A stretch of DNA of 64,000 nucleotides from a virus. Of the stretch, positions 16,288 to 25,908 are shown piece after piece (the first letter of the stretch is position 1; the number at the start of each line of letters is the position of its first letter). The notes beneath the pieces are model-generated. The model had not been told where the DNA came from. It worked only from the letters and a program-made list of their open reading frames with translations, and searched no databases. The DNA lies in IMG/VR virus record IMGVR_UViG_3300014638_000001. The stretch is one strand, 5' to 3'. Position numbers and translations under genes: made by a program.

Positions 16288-16800
16288 CTACGAAACCAAC
16301 CCGAGTTTTTTGTGACGCGCGAGATAATCGATCGCGGCGAGCAACAGACCTGGATCGTCCCGAAATGCACCGAGCCCAAGATTGCATTGGTGGCAGAGCA
16401 AACTTCGTGTCTGCTTAGTGGCGTGGTCATGGTCGACGTGCAGGCTATTGGTCCGGCGGTTTGTGCCGGTTGGCGGGCGACCGCAGATTGCGCACAGGCC
16501 ATTTTGTTCGCGTTCCATGCGCTCGTAAGTTTCTTCGTCAATGCCGTAGTTCCAGCGCGCTTGACGCAGTTTGTTAGAGCGCCTCTCTGGGGTGCTCATC
16601 ACTCGCTCGTAAATCTCCGCGTTATTCGGGAGGATATCGAGCGGTTTTATAAAGCGTCTCGTTGGTTTCTTCTTCGAACACCGCGGCATGTGCTGAAACA
16701 AGCGGTTGTAGCTGAACATTTCGCCGCAATGCGGACATGGTTTCAAGACCCAACTACGTGGCCTAATTCGATGTTTTCCAGGCTCTGGTGTGGGCATCAA
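16288..16800 (-). CDS. endonuclease VII-like (His-Me) endonuclease, inserted antisense
   Basis: EQNGLCAICG..SLHVDHDHATKQTRSLLCHQCNLGLGAFRDD. Confidence 0.88.
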   Translation of the reverse strand: MMPTPEPGKHRIRPRSWVLKPCPHCGEMFSYNRLFQHMPRCSKKKPTRRFIKPLDILPNNAEIYERVMSTPERRSNKLRQARWNYGIDEETYERMEREQNGLCAICGRPPTGTNRRTNSLHVDHDHATKQTRSLLCHQCNLGLGAFRDDPGLLLAAIDYLARHKKLGLVS

Positions 16801-16859
16801 GAACAGTATGTGATAGCAGCTAACTTGCTGTCAATAAACAGATTGCAGGAGGTAGTACT

Positions 16860-17840
16860 ATGGCCCTGAGCCTGACGGAATTGGACGCCTATACTCTCAA
16901 GTATATCGTCCCACGCACCACGGACGTGATCTTCTTGAACTCGCCCGTGTTTACGCGCCTACACACGCGCAACATGGAGCGGTTCAACGGCGGTCTCCAG
17001 ATCCAGCGCCCGATCATCGTCGGTGAGCTGAATGGTGACGCGCTCGGCCGCGGCGACGCAATGAACGTCGACTTCGTAACGACCGACACGGCGCTCGTGA
17101 TCGACATCAAGGCGTACTACGTGAACATCACACTGTTCGGCTTCGACTCGATGCGCAACGACGGTGAGCTGGCGATCTTCAGCCAGGTTGAAGTCAAGTT
17201 CCAAAACGCCGCACTCAAGATGGCAAAGCTGCTCGCGACCAATATGTACCTGAACGGCATCTTGGCCAGCCGGGCGAAGCACATCGACGGTTTCAGCGAA
17301 TGGTACGACGACGGCAACGTGTACCCGCAGATCGGCGGCATCAACCGCGCTGACATCACGCCGGTCACCTCGCCGTCCACGGTCGGCGGCCTGAACGCTT
17401 TCACCCAGACCATCAGCACCTTCACCCTGCCGACGCTCAATACGGCTTACGGCAATGCGTGGTTTGGCAACGATCACCCGGACCTGATCGCAGCGACCCA
17501 GAATGGATGGAACCTCATCTGGAACGCCATCCAGCCGAACCAGCGCTACTACGACAAGGATTCCGACCTCGGCATCGCCGGCTTCCAGGCGTTCCGCTTC
17601 AACGCGGCCGAAGTGGTCATCGACAAGTACATGCCGACCGGCACAAACGGCGTCATGTTCGGGTTCAACACCAAGTACATCGAATGGTACTTCTCGACCA
17701 ACCCGAAGTTTCAGTTCGGCTTTACTGGGTTTAAAGAGTCAAATAACACGATCGACGTCGCAGGTCAGTTCTTGGTCGGCAGCAACATCGTAGTCCCGAA
17801 CCCAAGATCAGGTTTCAAGTTGCTCTCAACTCTTTTCTAA
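16860..17840 (+). CDS. major capsid protein (HK97 fold), 326 aa
   Basis: GGAGGT SD; strongly biased codons; position after scaffold; LTELDAYTLKYI..DVIFLNSPVF..GGLQIQRPI. Confidence 0.85.
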   Translation: MALSLTELDAYTLKYIVPRTTDVIFLNSPVFTRLHTRNMERFNGGLQIQRPIIVGELNGDALGRGDAMNVDFVTTDTALVIDIKAYYVNITLFGFDSMRNDGELAIFSQVEVKFQNAALKMAKLLATNMYLNGILASRAKHIDGFSEWYDDGNVYPQIGGINRADITPVTSPSTVGGLNAFTQTISTFTLPTLNTAYGNAWFGNDHPDLIAATQNGWNLIWNAIQPNQRYYDKDSDLGIAGFQAFRFNAAEVVIDKYMPTGTNGVMFGFNTKYIEWYFSTNPKFQFGFTGFKESNNTIDVAGQFLVGSNIVVPNPRSGFKLLSTLF

Positions 17841-17907
17841 TCAATAACTTAGAAAATTGTTGACAAAGTATACAGGTTCTGTTATGTTTAACTCGGAGAT
17901 TGATGAA

Positions 17908-19029
17908 ATGGAACAACGCAAGGTAAGCCGAGAAGAGCTAGCGGACTTGTATCTGAATAAGGGTCTGTCGCAGAGGCAGATTGGGGAGCAATTCGACGTC
18001 GCCACCAGGACGGTCGGAAAGTGGTTACGGACAGACGGTATTCAGGCGCGACCACGTGGGGCGCCGCTTGGTTGCAACACCGGCGCGCGCAAGGCGCCGA
18101 TCATCCGTGAAGATCTCGAACGCATGTATGTGGCCGAGGGGAAGACGCAGGCGGAGATCGCGGAGATGTACGGCATCAGCGAATGGGCGATTGGGAAACG
18201 GCTGCGCGCTTTTGGGATTGGTTCGCGTCCGAGAAATTGGGTGCGCGAAGAGCCACGAAAACAGCAGTTCACCGAGCAGGATCTTCGGCAACTTTACTCT
18301 GTTGAGCGGCGGAGTATGAAGGAGATCGGCGAGCGGTACGGGATGAATCCGATCTCGGTCGCGAAATGGCTACGCCGGTATGAAATCCCGATTGAAACTC
18401 CGTGGGAACGGCGAGCCGTTAAGCTTGACCCGGCAGAGCTACGTAAACTGTATGAGCAGGATGGATGGACTTTAAAGCAAATCGCGCAGCACTTCGGCTG
18501 TTCGCTGTGGACGGTGCGGTGGAACTTCCGGCGAAATGAAATTCCGATCGCGACGGCAGAGATCCGGCGCCAGAAAGCCACTATTGAATTGAGTAAGACA
18601 TCAACGACATCGGACCACAAGGGTTATCCGACCGTTCGCCAATACAGCGATGCGACCAATTTTGAGGTTGTTTTAGAGCATCGCGCGGCCGTTGAAGCGG
18701 CCATGGGGCGCGCGTTGGAGGCTTGTGAGATCGTCCACCACTTGAATATGGACAAGCGCGATCCGCGGGTTGAAAACCTAGCCGTGCTACCGAATAATGT
18801 GGTACACGCGCGGGTCCATAAGTACATGGAGCGCATCGCGGTTTACCTTTGTGGACTTGGTTTGATTCGGCCGGAGCCGCTGGGATTTGACACTGAAATT
18901 TTCTGGGCGGGCCGCTGGATCAAACGGATTGATCTGTTGGCAAACGCACAAGTACAGGCCCCGTTGAATGCCCTGGATTTTCTGGGGCACGAGGAGATTT
19001 TTGAGTCCACCGTCGTGACGGTGAACTAA
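17908..19029 (+). CDS. HNH endonuclease with five tandem HTH repeats
   Basis: Repeated L.xLY...G.(S/T).xxIA..Y/FG.S...V..WLR..GI units; EHRAAVE..VHHLNMDKRDPRVENLAV; own TTGACA-17-TATGTT promoter at 17860-17888. Confidence 0.85.
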   Translation: MEQRKVSREELADLYLNKGLSQRQIGEQFDVATRTVGKWLRTDGIQARPRGAPLGCNTGARKAPIIREDLERMYVAEGKTQAEIAEMYGISEWAIGKRLRAFGIGSRPRNWVREEPRKQQFTEQDLRQLYSVERRSMKEIGERYGMNPISVAKWLRRYEIPIETPWERRAVKLDPAELRKLYEQDGWTLKQIAQHFGCSLWTVRWNFRRNEIPIATAEIRRQKATIELSKTSTTSDHKGYPTVRQYSDATNFEVVLEHRAAVEAAMGRALEACEIVHHLNMDKRDPRVENLAVLPNNVVHARVHKYMERIAVYLCGLGLIRPEPLGFDTEIFWAGRWIKRIDLLANAQVQAPLNALDFLGHEEIFESTVVTVN

Positions 19030-19041
19030 GGAGAAGCACTT

Positions 19042-19611
19042 ATGCAGAGACTCGATGTTGGCTTGGGGATGGGCGGCGCGCTGCAGCTCGTCAAGTACAC
19101 CATCACCTATCAGGACCTGGCGACGTACATCAGCACGCAGACGCAGACGTTTAACCTCTACCAGGATCCACCGTCGATCGGCGCCGTCTCGGTGACCACG
19201 CCGGCGAACTTCATCATCCCGCAGGGCGGCGTCAACGTGGGTGTGAAGATTCACCACACGTCCTCGTTCAATGGCTCCTCCTCGACCGGGACGATGAGCA
19301 ACGTGACGGTCTCGGTTGGCACCCAGAACTCCGGCCCGGCCTTCCTGGCATCGCCATTCAACGTCTTCCAGGCGCCCGGCGACAACGTGCTCCAAGAAAC
19401 GGCGAATTTCAAGAGCGGTCAGATGTCGTCCGCGGTTGTCACTGTGACGGTGACCACAACCGGCTCGGCGATGTTGAGCACCATGTATCAGGGGTCGGTT
19501 GACCTGTACTTGTGCAACTTGAACGTCTCGACGGCGAACATCGGCACCGTGGCCGGCGTGACCTCGGTGGCGTTGCTGCCGAACGCTTCGGGCGCTGGAA
19601 CGGGCGTCTAA
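19042..19611 (+). CDS. putative virion structural (decoration) protein
   Basis: AGGAG SD, S/T/V-rich beta protein after the MCP. Confidence 0.7.
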   Translation: MQRLDVGLGMGGALQLVKYTITYQDLATYISTQTQTFNLYQDPPSIGAVSVTTPANFIIPQGGVNVGVKIHHTSSFNGSSSTGTMSNVTVSVGTQNSGPAFLASPFNVFQAPGDNVLQETANFKSGQMSSAVVTVTVTTTGSAMLSTMYQGSVDLYLCNLNVSTANIGTVAGVTSVALLPNASGAGTGV

Positions 19612-19623
19612 TAGGAGCCTCGT

Positions 19624-20184
19624 ATGGCGATCATTTCACACAACGATATCCGCCCCGATGGGCTGCGGATTTTTTACGGTACGGCACCGCCGGGCTCGAG
19701 CTCGGATGGCACGTACTACACCGGCGAAGTCATTGTCGCTATCGGCAGCACGCCCGGACAACCAACCGGATGGCGGTGCGTGGCTGGGGGCACACCCGGT
19801 AACTGGGTCGCCCTGGGGCTTTCGACCGAGCCGTACACGCTGGGTCCGTATAACGGCAGCTCGCCGAACTTTGCGATCCCGCTTTCCAATAGCTATATCA
19901 TCCAGGGTGTGTCCGTTTGCTATACGTCGGTGGCGGGATCTGGTACGGTCACAGTCGAGCGCGATACCGGGTCGACGTGGCCTGGCAGCGGCGGTGTAGC
20001 TCAATTAGTGGCACCGATTTCGCTCATGAGCACGGCGACGGTCACTTATACAGGGACGGTTATCGGCAGTCCGGCAATTTTCAGCGGCGGTTTAGACCGC
20101 ATTGGAGTTGTGTTCACGCCGAATTCTGCCATGGGCGGGCTCGGTTCGATGTACATCACTATTGTGATGGCACAGGTCATCTAA
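19624..20184 (+). CDS. putative virion structural protein
   Basis: AGGAG SD, G/S/T-rich. Confidence 0.7.
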   Translation: MAIISHNDIRPDGLRIFYGTAPPGSSSDGTYYTGEVIVAIGSTPGQPTGWRCVAGGTPGNWVALGLSTEPYTLGPYNGSSPNFAIPLSNSYIIQGVSVCYTSVAGSGTVTVERDTGSTWPGSGGVAQLVAPISLMSTATVTYTGTVIGSPAIFSGGLDRIGVVFTPNSAMGGLGSMYITIVMAQVI

Positions 20185-20193
20185 GGAGATTCT

Positions 20194-20640
20194 ATGGGAT
20201 TGATTGAAAGCAAATCACAGCTCGTGGTGCTGACTAAGCAGTGGACAAACCAGAGTTTCCTGGCCGGTTCCAGCTTCCCGGAGCTTGGTTCGGCTGAAAC
20301 CTTGTTCGTTGCTGATCGACCGTACATGATCGTATCGGTCATTGAAAAGCACACCGTCGCCGCTGGTTCGACCACGCTTCAGTTATTGGGAGTGCTCGGC
20401 TCGACCACGCTTGGCTCTGCCCCCCCATTGCTGGCCTCGACAATTCCAATCGGGGGAACCGTCAACATCTACAACCAGGGCATCTTGTTCGGATCGGCAG
20501 TCTTGAGCACCTCTACTCCACTGGGCACGACGGCGATTGCCCCGGTTCTCGGGCTTGGAGATTCTATCGTTCTCCAGTACACGACGGCAAATTTACTGCC
20601 GCCAGTTGGTTGCCTGACGGTTGTCCTACAGACGATCTAA
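20194..20640 (+). CDS. putative virion protein, paralog of 20650..21114
   Basis: MGLIESKSQLVVLTKQW..LFVADRPY. Confidence 0.75.
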   Translation: MGLIESKSQLVVLTKQWTNQSFLAGSSFPELGSAETLFVADRPYMIVSVIEKHTVAAGSTTLQLLGVLGSTTLGSAPPLLASTIPIGGTVNIYNQGILFGSAVLSTSTPLGTTAIAPVLGLGDSIVLQYTTANLLPPVGCLTVVLQTI

Positions 20641-20649
20641 GGAGACTTT

Positions 20650-21114
20650 ATGGGCCTTGTCGAAAGCCATTCGCAACTCGTGGTGCTGACCAAGCAGTGG
20701 TCGCAGGGCAGTGGTCTGATAACTTTTACCGGCAGCACATTGACCGTTTTGCCGTTCGATACGCAGTTCACCACGCAGTTGTTCGTTGCGGATCGGCCCT
20801 ATCAGGTTGTCTCGGTGATCGAGCGTCACAGTGTGTTGGGGTCGACCCCTGTCATGCTCGTTGGCGCGCTCGGCTCTACGCCACTTGGATCTGGTACCCC
20901 GTTACTGGCTTCGACCATCCCAACGTTCAGTGTCGCTAATATTCCAAATTTCGGCACGCTGTATGGTTCGGCGGTGCTCAGCGGGTCTACCGCGTTCGGC
21001 ACCACAGCGACTTCTCCTATTCTCGGATCGGGTGACGCACTCGGGATTGTATATGGCTCTGCCGGGCTCTTGCAGCCAGTGGGGAGTCTTCAGGTTATTT
21101 TACAAACGGTCTGA
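20650..21114 (+). CDS. putative virion protein, paralog of 20194..20640
   Basis: MGLVESHSQLVVLTKQW..LFVADRPY. Confidence 0.75.
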   Translation: MGLVESHSQLVVLTKQWSQGSGLITFTGSTLTVLPFDTQFTTQLFVADRPYQVVSVIERHSVLGSTPVMLVGALGSTPLGSGTPLLASTIPTFSVANIPNFGTLYGSAVLSGSTAFGTTATSPILGSGDALGIVYGSAGLLQPVGSLQVILQTV

Positions 21115-21142
21115 TCGTCGGCTCGCCATGCCGATTTTCTCC

Positions 21143-21178
21143 GAGCGCGCAACTTCGTCATGGTTGCGCGCTCTTTTT
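21143..21178 (+). terminator. Rho-independent terminator
   Basis: GAGCGCGCAAC-9nt-GTTGCGCGCTC-TTTTT. Confidence 0.85.
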
Positions 21179-21185
21179 ATTTCTG

Positions 21186-21209
21186 TTGACAGAAATTAAC
21201 GGTTAAAAT
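21186..21209 (+). promoter_or_regulatory. TTGACA-GAAATTAACGGT(12)-TAAAAT promoter; ATG 6 nt downstream (leaderless)
   Basis: No SD before ATG 21216. Confidence 0.6.
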
Positions 21210-21215
21210 GCGGCC

Positions 21216-24200
21216 ATGAGCTTGCCTCCTATCACAACCGTACACGCGACAGCGTTCGAGCAGTGGGATTATGACACGCCGAACACGACCGGCATAGGAG
21301 GTTCCGAGACAAGCCAAATCGAGTTGAGTTGGAGGCTCGCACGCCGTGGATACGACGTGATGACCTACGCCCCGGTGCCCTGGGAAGGCGTACGTGAATG
21401 GCGCGGATCGAAGTGGGCGCCGCTCACAGCGGTCGATTGGAAGCGGCCCGGCATCTGGCTGATTTACCGCCAGCCGTCAGCGCTCGACAACTTCCCAGAC
21501 AACCATCCCGACCAGCGGCTCTACCTGGTCAGTCAGGATGTCACCTATCCCGACTGGACGAAGGAGCGCATGACGAAACTCGATCGCTTCATGGCGCTTT
21601 GCCAGACCCATGCGCAAGACCACCGCACGCGCTGGCCGGGCTTCGATGAGAAGATCTTTGTTTCCGCCAACGGTATCAAGCGCGACCTCATCGAACAGAT
21701 TGAAAAAGAAGGGATAAAACGCAATCCTCGGAAAATGATTTATGCGTCGTCGCCGGACCGCGGCTTGGTCTGCTTACTCAAAGTCTTCAAGCGGGCGCAG
21801 GAATGGGTGAAGAATCTCGAGCTCCACGTCTTCTACGGTTTCGACAACATCGACAAGCTCATCGCCTCGAACCAAAACAACAAAGATTACGCAAAATTGA
21901 AGGCCGAAGTCACAAAACTCTGCCAGATGCCGGGCGTGATCTGGCGCGGCCGCATCAACCAGCCGGACCTGATCCGGGAATGGTTCAGCGCCGGCATCTG
22001 GTGCCACCCTTCGGTCTTCACCGAAACCGGCTGCATCACCTCGATGGAGGCGCAGGCGTGTGGCGCTATCCCGATCACGACGCCGATCTGGGCGGTGGCC
22101 GAGAACGTCAAGCACGGCATGTTTATCCAGGGGAACCCGTACATCGATCCGATCGTCCAGGCGCGCTTTGTGAGCGCCATCTACCGGCTGGTCGCCGATG
22201 AGAAACTCCAAGCGGACATTCGGGCCGAGATGATCCCCGAAGCACGCTTCCGCTTTGATTGGGAAAAGGTGGTCGACGGTCTAGAACGCGAATTCCACTC
22301 CCATATAGGAGTGATTTCGCCGAAGCCGATCGTCAAGAACGCTCCGAACCGGTTCATTTTGTACTCGCCGATTTCGCTCAGTCAATGGGATTGGAACAAC
22401 ACGGAGAGCGGCATCGGCGGCTGTGAGACCTCGGTTGCGGAAATGGCTTGGCGGCTGCAGCGCGCTGGCAGCGAAGTGATCGTCTACGCCCCCGTCCCGT
22501 TTGACGGCGAGCGGGAGTGGCGCGGAACTAAGTGGCGCCCGGTGGACAAGGCCGATTTCTCGATCCCTGGCACCTGGTGCATCTACCGCGTCCCGCAGAT
22601 GCTGCATAAGTTCGACCGGAACCGTGATGACCAGGTGATCTGGCTCATGATGCAGGATTGGGATTACGACTGGAAGGGTTTTGATCGCATGGATCGGGTG
22701 GTGACGTTATGCCACACGCACGAGAAATGGCTGCTGGAGCGGCATCCGGAGCTCAAACCGAAACTCCACGTCACCTCGAACGGTATCAAGGTGGACTTGA
22801 TCGAGGAGATCGAGAGAACCAACGAACTCCCACCACGCAATCCGCGGAAAATGATTTATGCGTCGTCGCCGGACCGCGGGCTGAAGCGGCTACTTGAGAT
22901 CTTTGCTAAGGCCCAAGCTCAACAGGACCCGGCGCAACCGCTCGAACTTCACGTGTTTTACGGATTCGATGGTCTCGAACAGCTTGTCGCCCGGAATCCG
23001 GATTCGGCGCCGCTGCTCAAAGACCGGGAAGAAATCCAGAAGCTGGCGGGGACGATCCCTGGCGTGCATCTACGTGGTCGTGTTTCACAGACCGAACTCT
23101 ATCGCGAATGGTTTTCAGCCGGCATCTGGTGCTATCCGACCGATTTCGCTGAGATGAGTTGCATCACCTGCCAGGAAGCGCAGGCGATGGGGGCGATCCC
23201 GGTGACCTGCGAAGCATGGGCACAGGGTGAGAACACGTTATTCGGCATCACTATCACCGGAGACCCGGCGATTCCGGGGGTTCAGGACGAATTTGTCAAG
23301 CAGCTTGTGTCAATCGCGAACGATATCCCGCGGCAAGAACGCATCCGGGCGGAAATGATGCCAGCCATCCGCCAGCGCTTCGACTGGAATCGCCACGTGT
23401 CGCAGTGGGAAGACTGGACAGAAGAAGACCGTGTCGTGCATGAAACCCAGATCTGCCGTGGCTGCGGCGAAGACAAGCTCGAGACTGTACTCGATTTGGG
23501 CGAACAGGCGATCGCCGGCTACTTCCCGGAGCCCGGCGAGAAAGTGCTTCTGGCGCCACTCGAGCTGGTGCGCTGCACCGCCTGCGATCTCGGCCAATTG
23601 CGGCATTCGGTGGATCGCCGGGCGCTATTCGCCGGCGCCTACGGCTACCGCTCTGGAATCAACGAAACCATGCGCGGGCACCTGAAGGGAATCGCCAAGG
23701 AATTCAAGGTGAAGAGCGGCGATCTGGTGGTGGACATCGGCTGCAACGATGGAACGTTTCTGGAGAACTTCCCGGTGCGCTCGCGCGTTGGTTATGATCC
23801 ATCGGAGATCTGCCCATCCAAATACCATCGGGACTTCTTCAGCCAGGAGCACTTCGAGAAACATCACCCCGGCAAGAAGGCGAAGGTGGTGACTTCGCTG
23901 GCGATGTTTTACGACCTCGAGGATCCGCTCGAATTCGCCAAGCAGGTGCACGGCATCCTAGCCGATGACGGGATCTGGGTGATCGAGGTTCAGGATTTCG
24001 CCGAGACTGCCAAGAAATCGGCCTTCGACACAATCTGCCATGAGCATCTGACCTATTGGGACGCCACTAGGCTGGAAGAAGTCCTCGTGCGCTCTGGCTT
24101 CGTTTCCGTCAAAGTCGACTACAACTCTATTAATGGTGGCAGTATGCGGGTACACGCGATGAAGGTTGTCGTCCGTGAATCAGGACCAAAACCGTATCCA

Positions 24201-24608
24201 CTGATGCCGATCATTTGGAAACAATTTGCCGCAGACGCACACTGGGCGCGCGCGTCACTTAAGAAGACGCTGGAAGAGTTGAACGGCAAACAGATCTGGG
24301 GCTATGGCGCATCGACCAAGGGCAATGTGCTGCTGCAGTTCTGTGGTATTACGAACAAGGAGATCGTGGCGATCGCCGATCGTAACCCGGAAAAGTGGGG
24401 TAAGGTGACGCCAGGTAGCAACATCCCGATCGTTTCGGAAACGCTCATGCGCCAGGCGAAGCCGGATTACCTACTGGCCTTACCATGGGCCTTTATGGAG
24501 GAATTCCGCAAACGTGAGCCATGGGCACGCTGGATTGTGCCATTCCCCGAGGCGCACATCCTCGGGGCGGCTGAAAGTGATGCAGTGGAGGTGCCTGTAT
24601 GCTCCTAA
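21216..24608 (+). CDS. fusion of two tandem GT4-like glycosyltransferase domains and an NDP-sugar C-methyltransferase-like domain, 1130 aa
   Basis: Duplicated GIGG(S/C)ETS...KMIYASSPDRGL...ETGCITSMEAQA units; CRGC..LDLG..CTAC, DIGCNDG, CHEHLTY, YGASTKG, PDYLLALPW. Confidence 0.88.
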   Translation: MSLPPITTVHATAFEQWDYDTPNTTGIGGSETSQIELSWRLARRGYDVMTYAPVPWEGVREWRGSKWAPLTAVDWKRPGIWLIYRQPSALDNFPDNHPDQRLYLVSQDVTYPDWTKERMTKLDRFMALCQTHAQDHRTRWPGFDEKIFVSANGIKRDLIEQIEKEGIKRNPRKMIYASSPDRGLVCLLKVFKRAQEWVKNLELHVFYGFDNIDKLIASNQNNKDYAKLKAEVTKLCQMPGVIWRGRINQPDLIREWFSAGIWCHPSVFTETGCITSMEAQACGAIPITTPIWAVAENVKHGMFIQGNPYIDPIVQARFVSAIYRLVADEKLQADIRAEMIPEARFRFDWEKVVDGLEREFHSHIGVISPKPIVKNAPNRFILYSPISLSQWDWNNTESGIGGCETSVAEMAWRLQRAGSEVIVYAPVPFDGEREWRGTKWRPVDKADFSIPGTWCIYRVPQMLHKFDRNRDDQVIWLMMQDWDYDWKGFDRMDRVVTLCHTHEKWLLERHPELKPKLHVTSNGIKVDLIEEIERTNELPPRNPRKMIYASSPDRGLKRLLEIFAKAQAQQDPAQPLELHVFYGFDGLEQLVARNPDSAPLLKDREEIQKLAGTIPGVHLRGRVSQTELYREWFSAGIWCYPTDFAEMSCITCQEAQAMGAIPVTCEAWAQGENTLFGITITGDPAIPGVQDEFVKQLVSIANDIPRQERIRAEMMPAIRQRFDWNRHVSQWEDWTEEDRVVHETQICRGCGEDKLETVLDLGEQAIAGYFPEPGEKVLLAPLELVRCTACDLGQLRHSVDRRALFAGAYGYRSGINETMRGHLKGIAKEFKVKSGDLVVDIGCNDGTFLENFPVRSRVGYDPSEICPSKYHRDFFSQEHFEKHHPGKKAKVVTSLAMFYDLEDPLEFAKQVHGILADDGIWVIEVQDFAETAKKSAFDTICHEHLTYWDATRLEEVLVRSGFVSVKVDYNSINGGSMRVHAMKVVVRESGPKPYPLMPIIWKQFAADAHWARASLKKTLEELNGKQIWGYGASTKGNVLLQFCGITNKEIVAIADRNPEKWGKVTPGSNIPIVSETLMRQAKPDYLLALPWAFMEEFRKREPWARWIVPFPEAHILGAAESDAVEVPVCS
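22296..22313. repeat. 18-bp palindrome, copy 4 (17/18), intragenic (HSHIGV), in the linker between the two GT domains
   Basis: CACTCCcATATAGGAGTG. Confidence 0.88.
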
Positions 24609-25285
24609 TGCGCCAATCGATTGGCACTGTCGCCTATATGGGCGGCCTGATGGCGGTGCCGGAGCCGTTCGTATGGTCACTGGTACAAATGATCCAGTAC
24701 TCGAACGAGCACCTCTGTGGTCCAAACCAGATCATCCATTTGACGAAGTCCATCACGAGCTACCATGCCTGGGCGCGCAACGGCATCGCGGACAACATTC
24801 TTGGCGATTGGGTGCTGATGCTTGATACTGACCAGACATTTGAGCCGGATCTGGTTTGCCGAATGGTTTCTCTGCTGAACGAATTTGACCTTGATGTGCT
24901 GACCGGGCTCTACCACTACAAAATCCCGCCGCACAACCCAGTGCTCTACGCCTGGGAACCGAACAAGCGGCAATTCCACGGGATCGCCGGCTGGCAGACC
25001 ATCGGCCGACTGTTGCGCGTTGATTGCGCCGGCGCTGGTTGCCTCATGGTCCGGCGGCGAGTGTTCGAGCGCATCACCAATGAGCTCCACCAGAAACCGT
25101 TTGATCCGATCGGTGAGTGGAGTGAGGATTTCAGCTTTTTTGTGCGACTGATTCAGTTGGGCATCAAGGTCTATTGTGCCCCGGACATCGAGACCTACCA
25201 CCTGATGATTCAACCGATCAGCTCCGAGCATGCGGATTATATGAACGTAGCTGAGGCTCCGCCAGAGCTGGTCAAACGGATGTGA
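24599..25285 (+). CDS. GT2-like glycosyltransferase
   Basis: WARN..WVLMLDTDQTF..CAGAGCLMVRRRVF..EDFSFF..G.KVY. Confidence 0.85.
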   Translation: MLLMRQSIGTVAYMGGLMAVPEPFVWSLVQMIQYSNEHLCGPNQIIHLTKSITSYHAWARNGIADNILGDWVLMLDTDQTFEPDLVCRMVSLLNEFDLDVLTGLYHYKIPPHNPVLYAWEPNKRQFHGIAGWQTIGRLLRVDCAGAGCLMVRRRVFERITNELHQKPFDPIGEWSEDFSFFVRLIQLGIKVYCAPDIETYHLMIQPISSEHADYMNVAEAPPELVKRM

Positions 25286-25294
25286 AGGAGCAAT

Positions 25295-25657
25295 ATGAAA
25301 ATCGCCTCGTTCGGTCCTAATGCTTCGCTGATGGTGCTGGAGTGGCGACCATGGCTCTATCAGTTGGTGTCGGCCGTGGTCTCCGGAGGCGCCGGCGCAG
25401 TGACGACAGCCGCTATCTCTCCGATCATGGATGCGACGAAGTACAACCCGACGCACTGGGCTTATTACCAGTTCATTGGCCTGATGTTTCTCGGAACCGG
25501 ATTTCTCAAGTTGTTCTTCTTTCTGGATACTCACCCGATTCCGGATATCGAAACGGTGACCACCGTGCAAACCGTGGAGCAGCAAGAGCATCCGCCGGCT
25601 ACGGTCACGAAGACTGTGCAGACCACGGAAACCGCCCCAAAGAAAGAGAAGGAGTAA
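25295..25657 (+). CDS. membrane protein, holin-like, 120 aa
   Basis: Two hydrophobic segments; AGGAG SD. Confidence 0.6.
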   Translation: MKIASFGPNASLMVLEWRPWLYQLVSAVVSGGAGAVTTAAISPIMDATKYNPTHWAYYQFIGLMFLGTGFLKLFFFLDTHPIPDIETVTTVQTVEQQEHPPATVTKTVQTTETAPKKEKE

Positions 25658-25659
25658 CT

Positions 25660-25860
25660 ATGCCGATCATCTCTGTGCTCATCACCCTGGTTGTTGTGGG
25701 TGTCCTGTTGTGGCTTGTCAACACTTACATCCCGATGGACGGGAAAATAAAGAACATCCTGAACGTCGTGGTGATCATTCTTGTTGTGCTCTGGCTGCTG
25801 AGTGTGTTTGGGGTTTTCAGCGCCGGAAGCCTTGGAAACGTACCTCAATACAGGAGATAA
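25660..25860 (+). CDS. small two-TM membrane protein (Thivi_2564-like)
   Basis: MPIISVLITLVVVGVLLWLVNTYIPMDGKIKNILNVVV; GGAG SD. Confidence 0.75.
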   Translation: MPIISVLITLVVVGVLLWLVNTYIPMDGKIKNILNVVVIILVVLWLLSVFGVFSAGSLGNVPQYRR

Positions 25861-25908
25861 ACCATCGCACAGTTCACCGACAATTTATTTAGTCTCACCG
25901 GCCGAGTC

